A stretch of 63,690 nucleotides of DNA, filler included, from Craspedostauros australis (Eukaryota), in NCBI GenBank assembly GCA_030167865.1. It is 24 parts of 24 records of this genome, joined end to end, with 100 filler letters (N's around TTAATTAATTAA, not from the genome) between each part and the next. Parts side by side here need not be neighbours in the genome. Positions count along the whole stretch, not along the records: positions 1 to 5,070 come from JALAGF010002966.1; positions 5,171 to 6,443 come from JALAGF010002969.1; positions 6,544 to 15,549 come from JALAGF010002971.1; 21 more parts are not named here. One strand, written 5' to 3'. The translations under genes were made by a program, and so were the position numbers. Shown here piece by piece: positions 1-12,175 of this stretch. How positions within the stretch are numbered: position 1 is the first letter of the stretch; each line of letters opens with the position of its first letter. The notes beneath the pieces are model-generated. The model was not told the DNA's origin. It searched no databases and saw only the letters and a list, made by a program, of their open reading frames with translations.

Positions 1-509
1 TGCAACGGAAGCAGACACACGAACCAGGGGTGGTGCTTCACAACGACGATTCAAGCCAAGCACCAACATCTCTTGCTCCTCTCTCCTGTGTCGAATTCAG
101 ACGAAGAAGAACACCATCCAACCCTCCCGGAGGCGGCCCCTCGGCGGAGGACACCATCAACTGGGGCACCCCGGTCACCACAGAACCATGCTCTTCGGTT
201 TTCGCATCGCCATCATCGCACGGCCAACATCAATAAAAACCACGAACACAACGCGATGCTCTGTGTCCAACGATTCAAATGCAGAGGGGTGCGAATCGTT
301 CCATGCCAGTGGCTGCATCTACTGGTGCAAGCCAGCAACCATGGGCACAAGAAGGCAAATGAATCAGACAGCCCCATCATCGGACACAGATTCTCCCAAG
401 TCAGTTGGCCGATCCTTCATGATTTGGAGAGGCAGGGACAGCCATCACTTCAGCTCCAACTTCTTCCTTCGATCAAACACCCAACCAATGTTGAATGGCG
501 CCTACGACC

Positions 510-1191
510 TGTCAGGAATCGAGGGTACGACTCTGTCGAAAAGATACCCATGATTGCCGCAACTCCCAACATTATTTGTCACACCTTTGGATATTATTCG
601 TCACACCATTGAATATTGTCCATTCCACCCACGACACGAATCACNNNNNNNNNNNNNNNNNNNNNNNNNNNNNNNNNNNNNNNNNNNNNNNNNNNNNNNN
701 NNNNNNNNNNNNNNNNNNNNNNNNNNNNNNNNNNNNNNNNNNNNNNNTTGATGATCACCCCATCTGGAGATCATGGCACGTGTCAGCCACGGACTAGAAC
801 AACTCAGAAAGGGCATCAACCATGACATCAATCATGACACCAATCGTAAAGTTTGGTGTCAGGAGATCAAGAGAGAAGCGCAAGACTGTGGAATCGTACC
901 GCAGGGAATGTAGAATAAGGATATGCACGACGAGGTGCATGGAAAGAATGCCTACAGATATGCACGACGATATGCATGACAAAGGATGCCTGCGGATGTG
1001 ATCTCATGTATGCAAGCGATGATTCATGATGATGAGATGCATGAATGCAACAGTATAACACGATGCTGCTGCAGGAGATGCTATATGAGAAACGAAAGGC
1101 AAAGGAGCTGAAGAGAATGAGCTCACAGTTCTGAATAGTACGATCTAACAACCAATTAGTTCTCACTAACACTAACCCCGGATTTCCAACA
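510..1191 (+). mobile_element. Non-coding TGT...ACA module, arm A to arm B (LTR/MITE-like)
   Basis: Starts TGTCAGGAATCGAGGGTACGAC (same end at 9650 rc/15734; variants at 11552, 41681, 45675, 47153) and ends ACCCCGGATTTCCAACA (same end at 16512, 37989); internal N gap. Confidence 0.75.
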
Positions 1192-1696
1192 GACTCCTTG
1201 TTGTCTGCACGATGTTGCAATACTGTGTCATCATATGCCGTCATTTCTCTGAGTTGCTCAATGAGATACCTCTATCTCAGTATCAGACCTTTGTCCATTT
1301 TTACTTTCTGTTCGTGGTGATCATGTGGGTCGATGCGAGCCTCGGGCATAGACAACGGTGTAGCTTGTCATGGCTTACAAGTCATCATTTTTGGGAGTGC
1401 CCTGCTGCGCATCATGATCACAATTACAGCATTTTAATCTGCGCTGCATCAGAATGCACGAATACCTACTGCCACTATCAAGGTGCTCTCAATCTTACAG
1501 GGTGTGCCACATTCTGGTTGCGTTCACCCAACACCCTTGTATGCATTAATTAGTGAAGGCTGTGCGTTGCGCGCTGGAATTTGCTCGTTTTGTTTTGACA
1601 TGTTGTTGTTAACGTCTCTGTGATGCACCTTGCCAATTCCTCAGTGTGTAGCTTTGAATGAGAGTCCTCCATGTATGTGTTGTCACAATCTAGACA

Positions 1697-2340
1697 ATGG
1701 AATCAACGGAACGCAAAAAGAAGAAACACTTATCTACAGACCAACAGATTCAGATCTTGGTGACACTCTTGCTATTGCAAGTTGACAGCTGTGGCAAGGG
1801 CGGGGTGCTCGATCATCTGGCAGCACGCTACAACGTTCATCGCACCACGGTCCAGAGAATCATGATCAATGTGAGAAAGGCTGTGGCCAGCAACTTCCAA
1901 TCATCTTGGAGCTTGCTGCCACAGTATCATGCATGTCATGGTGTGCGCAAATGGGACAGAGAGGACCTGAAAGAACGTCTATGACATCTTAACCGCAATG
2001 ACGCTGCAACCCTTTGTACAGCTGCTGCTGCCCTTGGCGTGCTGCCAACTATGCTACACGAAATGCGAATCGCAACAAAGCACTGCATCAAAAACATATT
2101 CGGACTCTTGGAGAAGCACAAGGCCGATAGCCTTCGCTTCTGTATCAATCACATGGCTGATGATGGGTTGCTCCAGAGCTTGGATGATATTGTCTACTTG
2201 AATGAGAAGTGGTTCTTTGTTCACTTAACCTCATGTGAGCGATGGTGCGTTGTGGGTGAAGACCCTCCGGCCCGATACGGAAACACAGCAACGACTACAA
2301 TCCAAGAGATGGTCTTTCTTGCACCGGTGCTGAAGTTGCA
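1697..2340 (+). pseudogene. Tc1/mariner (DD39D plant/oomycete-type) transposase, N-terminal half, disrupted
   Basis: HTH-like 'LAARYNVHRTTVQRI', then 'DIVYLNEKWFF...GEDPP...MVFLAPV', resembling the mariner 'VHIDEKWFY...VMFLAAV' block; in-frame stop at 1982-1984. Confidence 0.75.
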
Positions 2341-5114
2341 GCATACAAGGACAAAGAAAATGATATCGCAATCCACAAGTGGCATGCAGGACCATGATAG
2401 GTACAGTAGACAGCAGCACAACAATGTTAGTGGAACATCTGCTTCACATGTGGCTTACTGATGAATTGGATGGAGGAAAATGAAGTGTGATGAATTGCAA
2501 GAGTATGCGGACAAGTACTGGACCACAGACACGGGCATTGGCGCAACCGCGAGTACGAATGTGTGGAGGAGCAGAGGGGAGAGCAAGGGAGCAACAACTA
2601 GCAGGCTCTGCATGACGAAGCATGAGGAGACAACGAGGATGGCACGAGCAGGAAGCAGATGCCAACATGGATACCATCAACAATTATAGTATGGTGCAGA
2701 GTGATGCATTGTCTTTCAGTTGAGTCTGTCAAAGGTAGGAGTGCACGATGAGCAGCACGCTGTGTGTATTGACACGTCTATGTATTGTAGTCTACTTCGT
2801 CATATGAACACGCATAGGAGAATAGTGGAGAACCCGATTCACTATTGAAGATAGACTGACTGTGTGGGATGAGTTGGATGCTCTATATGAATGATATCAC
2901 ATCGAATCTGCAGTATCATACCAATGTACTCAGTATATGGCATGCACATCAGAGCTCGAAGAGAGTTCAGAGCTCGCGCACGTGTCACCCTACGTCATCA
3001 TGTCCAAGAACGTGACAACCTATCAGGCTTGTTGGGAACGTCATTCCGAGGGGCTCTTTCTAAAATTGCCGCGGCTCCCACGACACTGAACAGCAGGCAA
3101 ACGAACTGCGAGGTGGGCAAGGTGCAACAAGCTCGTGCGAACGGAGGACTTGAGCGCAGTCCGAGCCACCACACTCGGCTGCTCTGCTATGATTCCATTG
3201 CATCCACGACCAACTGGGAGGGCCGCAAGATCCGCATCATTCATGTTCCCAATTACCAACTCATACTTGCATTCGCAGACATAAAAGGCTCGCGCAGTTG
3301 CAGCTGCTCCAGATCCTCCATCTGTCGGGGCTGGGCGAAAGGAGGTTCGTGTGAGTGGGTGTGCGCGCCAACGGCAATGACGTCTCTCTCGCAGGGGTAT
3401 AATAGCTCGCCAGAGATCTCGTGTGGCGAAGCTCCTGCCGTCCGAGCGGTTCCACAGGATAACACCTTGCAATGCCCAACCAAGAACCAATGCAGGAGCT
3501 TGCAGATCATGGGAAAGTTTGTACGTACGTACGCGTACGAGTAGAGCATGACGCAGCCAGGGCGAAGTGCGTCCGACTGCATAGAGCATACGACTAGTAT
3601 AGTAGATCGCGGTACTGCGAGTATTCGCAAGACTCTTTGTCACTCGGTCATCTTTATCATCGCGAAAAGTAGTTCGCCATTGCTGCCATCGTCATCGGTG
3701 TTGTTTTGGTTGTTACTGTTGTTCGTGTCCGGGACGTTGCTGCATTGGATCACTTTACGGATAAAGTGCTCCACTTTACCGAGGAGAGGCAGAGAGAGCG
3801 GAAAGGATGTGACTCCGCGTGACGCACACCGCATCCATTGTTTGTGTCAATGGATGTAAATGGTTGGAAGGAACCAGCCTCTTTGGAACGATTGATCAGC
3901 CGAGGCGCCAGTCATTGTATCAATCAGTCAATGAAGGAATGGATCGGTCAGTCCAGTGTGTGGCAACCGTTCGCTTCGTTGCACGACGTCATCGCAGGTT
4001 TACTGTACCGGTGCGGCTATGTATGGCATTTATCATCTTTACTGTAGGTCGTATGGTACAAGGGTCATGTCTATGTCTCTCTCTCTCTCTTTCCAAGTGC
4101 CCCTGTCGTCGTGCTGTCGTTACTGCTATGAATGTGTAAGTGTGGCATGGCATGCTACGGTGTGCGCCGTTGCGGATTATCTCGGTACTCGCACCTGTGG
4201 TCCGCAACTGCTGCATCCGTGATGGCAAGTACGTGTTTGGGTATGATACAGTGGACGTTGGCAGGCATTGTGTCGCGCTGAGAGCCATGTCAGGGATAGC
4301 TCTGCTCTGCCTTGTCCGTGGTTGTCTCTCTCTCTCTCTCTCTCTTAGAAGAGGTCAAAGGTAGGTATGCTGTCGTACACCTGCTCTCTAGTGATGTCCA
4401 TGATAGAGATGGGAGAGACAGGGTCTTCCTTGAGGAATGGGAGCAGCAGCCCCAACCGACGCAGAGGAAGGACGGCGCCGCTGCGTCAGAACTTCGAAAG
4501 ACAGGCCGGCAGGTTGGTGTTGCTGCTGCCAGCTGGGGTGTCCGGGAGGTCTGGGATGACGAACTTGCTTGCGAGAGGGCGGACGATCACATTCTCCAAC
4601 TGCTGTCTCCACGAGGGGAAGCTGCTGATGCTCTGTTGGCTGCAGCTCACATCGTCAGCCCCAGTGTGGTGGACCTTGACTCTCTTCCAGCTCCTCTTGC
4701 GTGGTGGTGGTGGAGGCGAGAGCATGGAGCGCTTCGTTGTCATCTTGGTTGTGCTCTGGCTTTGCTCGTTGATGTGCGCATTTCTCTGTGTGTTTGTGCA
4801 TGTGTCGTGTGCTGGGAGGTTCATTTGTCTTGTGGACAGTGGCATCGTTGGTTCGCCGACTGTCGATGTGCTGGTGTTCGTTGACTCCTCTGTTCTTGTG
4901 AGTGCAGACAGGATTGCTGCTGTTGCTTTCTAGTTTGAGATCGCTCTGTCCTGCGGTTGATTTCTGATGTCCATGTCGCTCTTCTTTGGTTGGATTGCTT
5001 GGCTCATCATTGTCATTGTTGCGACGCTTGGTCTTGTTGATGTTGGTGTTGGTGTCATGATGATAACTTTNNNNNNNNNNNNNNNNNNNNNNNNNNNNNN
5101 NNNNNNNNNNNNNN

Positions 5115-5126
5115 TTAATTAATTAA
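5115..5126. other. Artificial contig-joining linker TTAATTAATTAA in N runs (first of 23; others start at 6488, 15594, 20630, 23631, 25040, 26292, 27862, 29289, 31099, 36175, 37648, 39432, 41394, 45388, 46866, 48877, 51048, 52563, 53912, 57213, 58791, 60839)
   Basis: Identical 12-mer with stops in all six frames, always embedded in N runs of similar length. Confidence 0.98.
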
Positions 5127-5170
5127 NNNNNNNNNNNNNNNNNNNNNNNNNNNNNNNNNNNNNNNNNNNN

Positions 5171-6443
5171 TTTTGGTGCAGCTTTTCACAAATACTTGGC
5201 GACAACAGTGCATCCTCTCTCCTCCTCCTCATGGCACATGAGTTCCTTGCAAATCTAATCTTATGACAGTTCCATTATTCCTGGATCCTTACATCAAGTT
5301 ATCATTTCTTGATCGCATTCGTTTCCTCGTACGCTGCCTGGCTGCCGCGAGTTCCCTCTTCATTGTGTGTGATAGTCTGTTCGGACTTCCATCTCTTGCA
5401 TTGGCACCTCTGCTTGGCTTTGGTGTCGAATTCTTGGCAGCAACATGGACGGAGGCAGAGGCTTCTCTTCTCGTATCCACCAAAATCACATCTTCGTCAC
5501 ATGGTCCATACTCGGTTCGTCTTCCTCCCGAAGTTCCTTTCGATGTGGCAGGATGGTTGTTGCCATTTCCAAAGTCACCATCGGTGCCAACAGACAATGT
5601 CGAAGAAGAGGCATCGCACGTCGTCTGACCCAAAGTTGCTGGGACACCCCTTCTTTCTCCTCTTCGTCTCTTCCGAAGTCTTGAACCAGATCGTTGCACC
5701 ACAGTTGCTCCAACATGTACATCTCTGGCTGCTGAATTGGTCGATACTGACTGGCAATCGAAGTCTCCTTCCAGTGTATTCCATTTGTTTCCATCTCTGA
5801 CCGACGCGTGTCGAAGCGATGTGTCTACCATTGATGGTGGCACATTGTTTGTTTGCTGTGCCATGGTTGTTTCGCTTCTGCGGAGGTCAGTGCCCAGTTC
5901 TTCCACAGCGTCCGCAGTGGCCACAAAGGGGCCCTCTCTCCTTGACCCTGCCTCGTAGACGTCCTGATCTCTCCTCCCCATGATCTGCATGGTTGCATCT
6001 GGCGCCATGACACCACTGCTTTCATCTGGTCCATCGGTAGAATCTGAGATGTTTGCACCAGTATTGTTCAGTCCATGGGCAGGAACAGCAGAGGCCTGGG
6101 CAAGCAATGCATCTTCGGCATCAGCTTCTGCAGTTGCAGCAATTGCCGTGGCAAGCCTTGCTCTTTCTTGGGCGATCCTTGCGGTAGCACGCTTTGCCCG
6201 GGCATCTGCCTTCTTCTGTTGGACCTCCTCATTTGTGCTGCGCTTGGTGTAGTCCAGGTTGGTTTCAGCACACCATAATGTTGGGTTGCGGTGGAGAAGA
6301 TGATGGCATGTGTTCTCGACCACCGCTGCCACATTCTTCACAGGGAAATTGCACAGTGCCAGGGTAGGTGGTATCCCTTGTGTCTCCATCCACGCCCTCT
6401 TTTCCTCATTTGACTGTGCACACACAAACATATGGCATCCCGC
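5171..6443 (-). mobile_element. Repeated Cys-rich/low-complexity ORF, 3' part (probable TE gene; paralog of 27918-29244 and 29345-31053)
   Basis: ORF 5289-6431 is highly similar to ORFs 28074 and 29501. Confidence 0.55.
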
Positions 6444-6543
6444 NNNNNNNNNNNNNNNNNNNNNNNNNNNNNNNNNNNNNNNNNNNNTTAATTAATTAAN
6501 NNNNNNNNNNNNNNNNNNNNNNNNNNNNNNNNNNNNNNNNNNN

Positions 6544-9500
6544 AGAAATATCGTCCGTCCATCCATCAATGGAGACGTATGGTACCAAGCGAATCTTGAG
6601 GTACCTCCCAACTAAACCTCAGATGACGATGTCATCTGACAGACCACTGCATCACCAATGGAACGTGACATCTGGAGAGCAGAAGGATGCCTACTGACGT
6701 TGACAGGATGTCAACATGTCACCACGTCGACATCTGTCTCCAGGTCAGAGCAGGAGGCAAAGATCCAATGACCGAAGGGCATCAAGATCATGGATACAGG
6801 AGGTGAACTTCAAATGGTAAGTACTCATGGAGTAAGAACCAGTAGTGAACGAACAGAGTGTCGAATGCGGAGTACGCATTGAACGTGAAGTATCGTGTAG
6901 CACGAGTACACGATATTGAGAGAGAGAGAGAGAATACGAAGAGTAGCGAGAGAACATCTCGCACACCGACTCAAAGTCGGAGACTGAACCTACAAGACAG
7001 GACAAACGTGCCGAGAGTATCGGGCAAGAGAACAGGCGTACACCGAGAGGATCGGAGTAGCCAAGTAATGAAAAAGCAAACGAACGACTATCAACCAACA
7101 CCATCTTCCACGATCGTAGGCTTCCAATCACGGAACTTGCCAACAGAGGTGACTTGCTCATCGTCTCCACCTGCAACCCGTCCTCTTGGAATGACATGTG
7201 CCTGCCGTTTCCGCTCTGCCCTTTCTCTGGCAGCCTGCTTTTGCAGTGCCACCCTCAGCTCTAGTTCGGCCACCCTCCCAACCTGGCATTCCAATTGTGC
7301 CTCCAACACCTCGGTCACCTGCGTTGTCACCGATTGATCATCTACAGACACCATTCCCAGTGCCTGGACGGTGTGGAGACTCTGCATTGTTGTTGGCGAT
7401 TGCAAGGGTCGTTGGATGCGGCTGGCCATTGGGGTCACGGGTTGGATCGTCTGTGGCCATAACGATGCCTTGCGGATGTTGCTGGTAGATGGTGAGTTGG
7501 TGGAATTGTTGTTGTTGTTGTTGTCATTGTGGAAGGGGATTGTGTGTGCCTGTGATGAAACCATGTGAGACTTGGCTCCCTTTGCGATGTCATTGCTTTG
7601 GCCTGAGCTGAAACCAAGTGAATGCATTTTTGAAAATCTGCATGTCATGCCCACAGTGGTTGTCTTCTCCTTCAGCCTTGTTGACAAAATGAGCACTTTG
7701 CATGGTGCCCCAGTGTTGTCTGACATCACATGATTGAGCCAGACAACGCCCCCAAGTGTGCCGCAAGCGGATGGGCAGAACATGGTGTCAATTGCAAAGG
7801 GCATTGGCACGAGCATTTCGCACTCGTGCCCATTCAAACAACTGGCCTTCTGCATTTGTCGGTCATGTGCTTGCGCCTTCTGTGTTGCATCCACCAACTC
7901 CCTTGCCTGCAGCTTGCATATCACCTTTGTGACACCCCCTTCTGCTCCAATTACCACTGGAGGCTGATACTTCAGTACCACAAATGAACGAGGCACGCTG
8001 TCCACATCACAATATTGAATCGTGAGCTGGGTGTCTTCTTGTATGGTCCCTGCTAGCATGTAGAAGTTGATGCTGATCATCCTGAATGCCTCTCCCTTCG
8101 GTCTCCACATTTGCGTTGTGTAGAAGACGTCCACATGTTTTGCAAGGGAACAGAAGTTGGAGACGCGAGCGTTTTCGGACATTCCAAAGAAATGCCCATA
8201 CCTTGCTGTGAGTGGATCATACAGTGGTGGGCATGACATGCCCACAACTGCAATGTCATCATCGAAATCCATGTCCGCACCAACCACTGACGAAATCTCT
8301 GCTCCAAAGTCACTGATGACCCAATCATTGTTGAGGCAGGTGTCATTTTGTGTGGACGTGTCAGCTTCGGATGCCATTTTGGAGGTTTGGCTGGGATCTG
8401 ACTCCCCATGGTGGCTGTTGTCTGTGTTGGTTGCAATGTTGCATGGTAATTCAGGCATTGTGGAAGCTTTGGTTGTTGCTGTGTTGGCCTTGGCAGGAGG
8501 GGACTTCGAAGGCTTGGTGTTGTCAAAGCCATCAGGCTCATCAATTGGGCGAAGGTGCATGCCCAGATTGCCGGACGCGTCCGGATTGAAGCCACCATTT
8601 GCTGGCACACTCAGAAACAAAAGCACAAAAACAATGAAGAGATGGAGTTCCTGGTGAGTGTTGATGTCATGGCAAGTAGTGCATGAACACAAGCTGCAGA
8701 ATGACAATTGCAACAAGGTTATCACCAGCATCCCAAACGAAGCTGCCCATCCAGTGGAATGATTCACTCTTTTGTTGCATTGGCAACGACTTACCAAAGA
8801 AGATCTTGTTCTTGACCAGCGTTTTCTTGAGTGTCACGTACCCTTTGACGAAGTTCTTTTCTGGGTACTTGTGTTGGAAATCCGGGGTATAGATACTGTA
8901 GTTTAACCTTTATACACCTTCATTTCTCAATTCCTCAAGTCGTTTGCCCATGATGATGCTGGTTGCGCCCTGAAGTTGCTCCTGCAATCATCATAGCACA
9001 CCCTCTCCATCATTCACATCTCATTGCTCATGAAAGGTTCATTTCATCATGTTCAATCATAGAGGTTTCCTCCTACACTCCTGCAGTGCATGCATGCCGA
9101 TGCTGAGTTTCACTCTCTTCCGATCAGGCATCCATCACTCATCCAGTGCACTCTTTCATGTTGTTCACTCACTCTTCTCACATGTTCACTGTTGGTCACA
9201 TTTGGTTCAGAACATAGAGTTCTGGCACGATCAGTCCAGTCCTTCGATACTGTTCCAGTCCGCGCTTTGTTCTCCTTCGGCGGTTCTCTGTTAGTCACGT
9301 AATCATGGTCTGAGTTTTGATTGATACAACAGTGATGGCATTTTCGCATGATGGCATTTTCGCATAGGTGTTTCGGTTCGACTGGTCAACCCTCGTGATT
9401 GGAACACTTCGGTGTTCCAGTCTCCCTTTCGCATCCACTGTTCGCCATGTTAGTTTGCCAATCATCTCAAAACATGTCACATCATTAGTCTGTCCTTTGT

Positions 9501-9713
9501 CCGTCATACTCTTGACACACAGAGGGCGAAGGTCCACAATCGACTTGGGAGTGTGTCCGACTTTGGTAGATCGGTCAGTCTATTTTTGGTATTATGGGAG
9601 GTGTGGCAATCTAGGATAACACGACATTGTCGTACCCTCGATTCCTGACAAGCAACAGTGGGCAGCAACAGTGGGCAGCAACAGTGGGCAGCAACAGTGG
9701 GCAGCAACAGTGG
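6544..9713 (-). repeat. Apparently exact reverse-complement duplicate of 15671-18840
   Basis: Identical mirrored ORF sets (7091..8797- equals 16587..18293+); mirrored coordinates sum to 25384. Confidence 0.95.
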
Positions 9714-9956
9714 GCAGCAACAGTGGGCAGCAACNNNNNNNNNNNNNNNNNNNNAGCAACAGTGGGCAGCAACAGTGGGCAGCAACAGTGGGCAGCAACA
9801 GTGGGCAGCAACAGTGGGCAGCAACAGTGGGCAGCAACAGTGGGCAGCAACAGTGGGCAGCAACAGTGGGCAGCAACAGTGGGCAGCAACAGTGGGCAGC
9901 AACAGTGGGCAGCAACAGTGGGCAGCAACAGTGGGCAGCAACAGTGGGCAGCAACA
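9651..9956 (+). repeat. 13-bp minisatellite (AGCAACAGTGGGC)n
   Basis: About 20 perfect units with an internal N gap; the reverse complement occurs at 15650-15733. Confidence 0.97.
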
Positions 9957-10188
9957 CAGTAGGAGCATGAGCAGCAGAAGATGCAGTGGTGGATGCAGCA
10001 ACAGCACCACAACCCAGCCGCAGTAACACCAGCGGCAGACAGCAACACCAGATGTGGTGGCAATGCAACAAACAATGATGCCAGCAGCGCCGCAGCCAAG
10101 CTGAAGCAGCAACTAGAGCACCATACCACAGCAAATACAGAAATATAGACATTGGATACTCTTTATTGAATTCAGTCCTCTCAGATCT

Positions 10189-11551
10189 CTAGTTCAGTTT
10201 TGTATGGTAGGCCTGCACTGTCTGCGAGGATGTCTTTGATGTTCGTTTTCGTTTCTTGGGTTGTCCTTGTTCTGGTTGTGGTACGATCGATGCAGTTTCC
10301 TTTTCTTCTCGAGTTCGACTGCAAGTGCGAACAGTTGATTTGGACTTTGGTGGTAACGGTTTTCTCTTTGTGGTTGGTTTGGTTGGTGGCGATGATGGTG
10401 GTGGTTTCAGTGCACTTGTTAGCCGGAGTTTCACCGTTGATTTTCGCGGCGGTGTCGCGTTGGCCGTTGGTATGGTTGTTGATGTGAGTGCTGGTGGGGG
10501 TTTGAATCCGGCGGTTGTCGCCATTTTCTCCCTTGGTCTTGTTCTGTTGAAATTGGCCTGCAGCCACTCATCTGTTGTCTGAAAGCGAAGCAATCAATCA
10601 TGCTCGACCAATTCTTGCACCACTGTTTCCTGTCCCTCAGCCCCTGTGGCCTGCTTACGAGTGGATGGGTCATTCAGCTTGTAGCAGTCATCAAGCAATG
10701 CTTTCACACCCAACACCAGACCTGCTTTCCTTGTGGATTTGGTGACTGCCCATCCAGCGCACATCTTTGGTGGCGTCGAGGCTGTTCTGGTAGCATTTCC
10801 TGGGCGTGTCCACAATACATGACTCTCCGCACCGCTCATGTTGACAGCTGCACAGAACACATTTGGGTTGTTGTGCATCTCTCCATCTGATTGCTCCTTG
10901 GCAACATTAGCCAGGCTCTTTGCCTTGCGCCGCTGTGTTAGTGACTTGGTTGTGAGAGCAGGCCCATCCGACTCCTCACCAACCTTGCAGTTGACCATCA
11001 GTTCTTGCCCAACAAATCGAACCAAATAGTCCCAGCTGATGATCTCAGGGTCAGTAAGATTCGAAGATGAATACACCTCCACACGACCATCGAACCATTT
11101 GAAGTGATGGGTGGCTCTGACTCCGACCTTCTGTGTCCTGAACTTGATGTCATTGATGCCGTTGGATACAATCAACCCTTTCAATTCCGATGCATCCACA
11201 AACACAGCCGTGGTTCCTGCAATCTCCGCAAAGTTCATTGCCTCGAAGATGCCCAATTCTGTGGTGATCTGGTTCCCTTCCTTGATGTATGCATTCAGCA
11301 CATGGGCGATGAAGCTGAAGTGAGTGTCCAGCCGACTCTACCCTATCTGTGCTTCGGTGTACACCCATTCCCTGATCTTGGGAAGATTCTTATTGTCTGC
11401 ATGGGCATTCCAGCCAAAGATGAATGTGATCAATTGCTGGCTTGCGAAGCAACTAGCATTGTCACTTTGCACCATGATATCCTTCACATTAGGGTATTGT
11501 GCAACATTAGGGTATTGGGCATGAATCTGCTCCATCAGGAACGACAAGACA
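10189..11551 (-). pseudogene. Sola3-like DDD transposase, C-terminal part, 5'-truncated at a module end
   Basis: 'QSDNASCFASQQ...WVYTEAQIG' and C-terminal 'GWAVTKSTRK...'; stops; homologous to 12176-14607. Confidence 0.65.
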
Positions 11552-12175
11552 TGTCAGGAATCGAGCGTGTGACTATGTTGCGATACTCGTAGATTGCCGC
11601 ACCACCCAATACTATCATGAGGCCGAATATAATCAACTCATGGTGATCACACTTGGACAACCTTGTCCCTGTCATGAAGCCTGTCCCTATCATGAAGCCT
11701 GTCGCTACCAGCTTTTCCATTCTGTTCAGCTCTTGCTTCTCTCTGTCTGTGAAGAACAGTGTGACTGGGACACCCTTGAAAGAGTGTCTCAATCGCTTGC
11801 GATCTATTGGCACGATCGATTTGTTCCTTTTTGTGATGTTCCAATCCATACTTCGTCCTCCTTCATTATCCATTCACATACAGCCTCATGTTCTGGGTTG
11901 TGAAGGATAAAACAGGAATGGCGCATGTGCATACATGTTGGCACACCAGTCAACAGCCATGCTCAGAACACTTCATCATTCCAGTCTTTCTTCATTGCTC
12001 ATAGTTCACCATGTCTGTGTCTCATCCATCCGCCTTGTGAAATGCAGGGAGGACAGGCTGCAAGAGAATCAGAAGTGTGTCCGTCTTTGATGGATGGACT
12101 GGTTCAATATTGCTAGTATGGGAGGTGCGGCAATCACAGGGTAAGTCAACTAAATCGTACCCTCGATTGACGACA
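11552..12175. mobile_element. 624-bp module with about 65-bp imperfect terminal inverted repeats (arm A / arm A')
   Basis: Left TGTCAGGAATCGAGCGTGTGAC...GATTGCCGCACCACCCAATACTA; right (rc) TGTCGTCAATCGAGGGTACGAT...GATTGCCGCACCTCCCATACTA. Confidence 0.8.

Noticed and set aside
2891..5070. ORFs of 120-217 aa as real genes
   Set aside because: Overlapping frames, internal stops and no recognisable domain
9504..10152. Cys-rich or Gln-rich repeat proteins
   Set aside because: Translations of the 13-bp minisatellite in all frames
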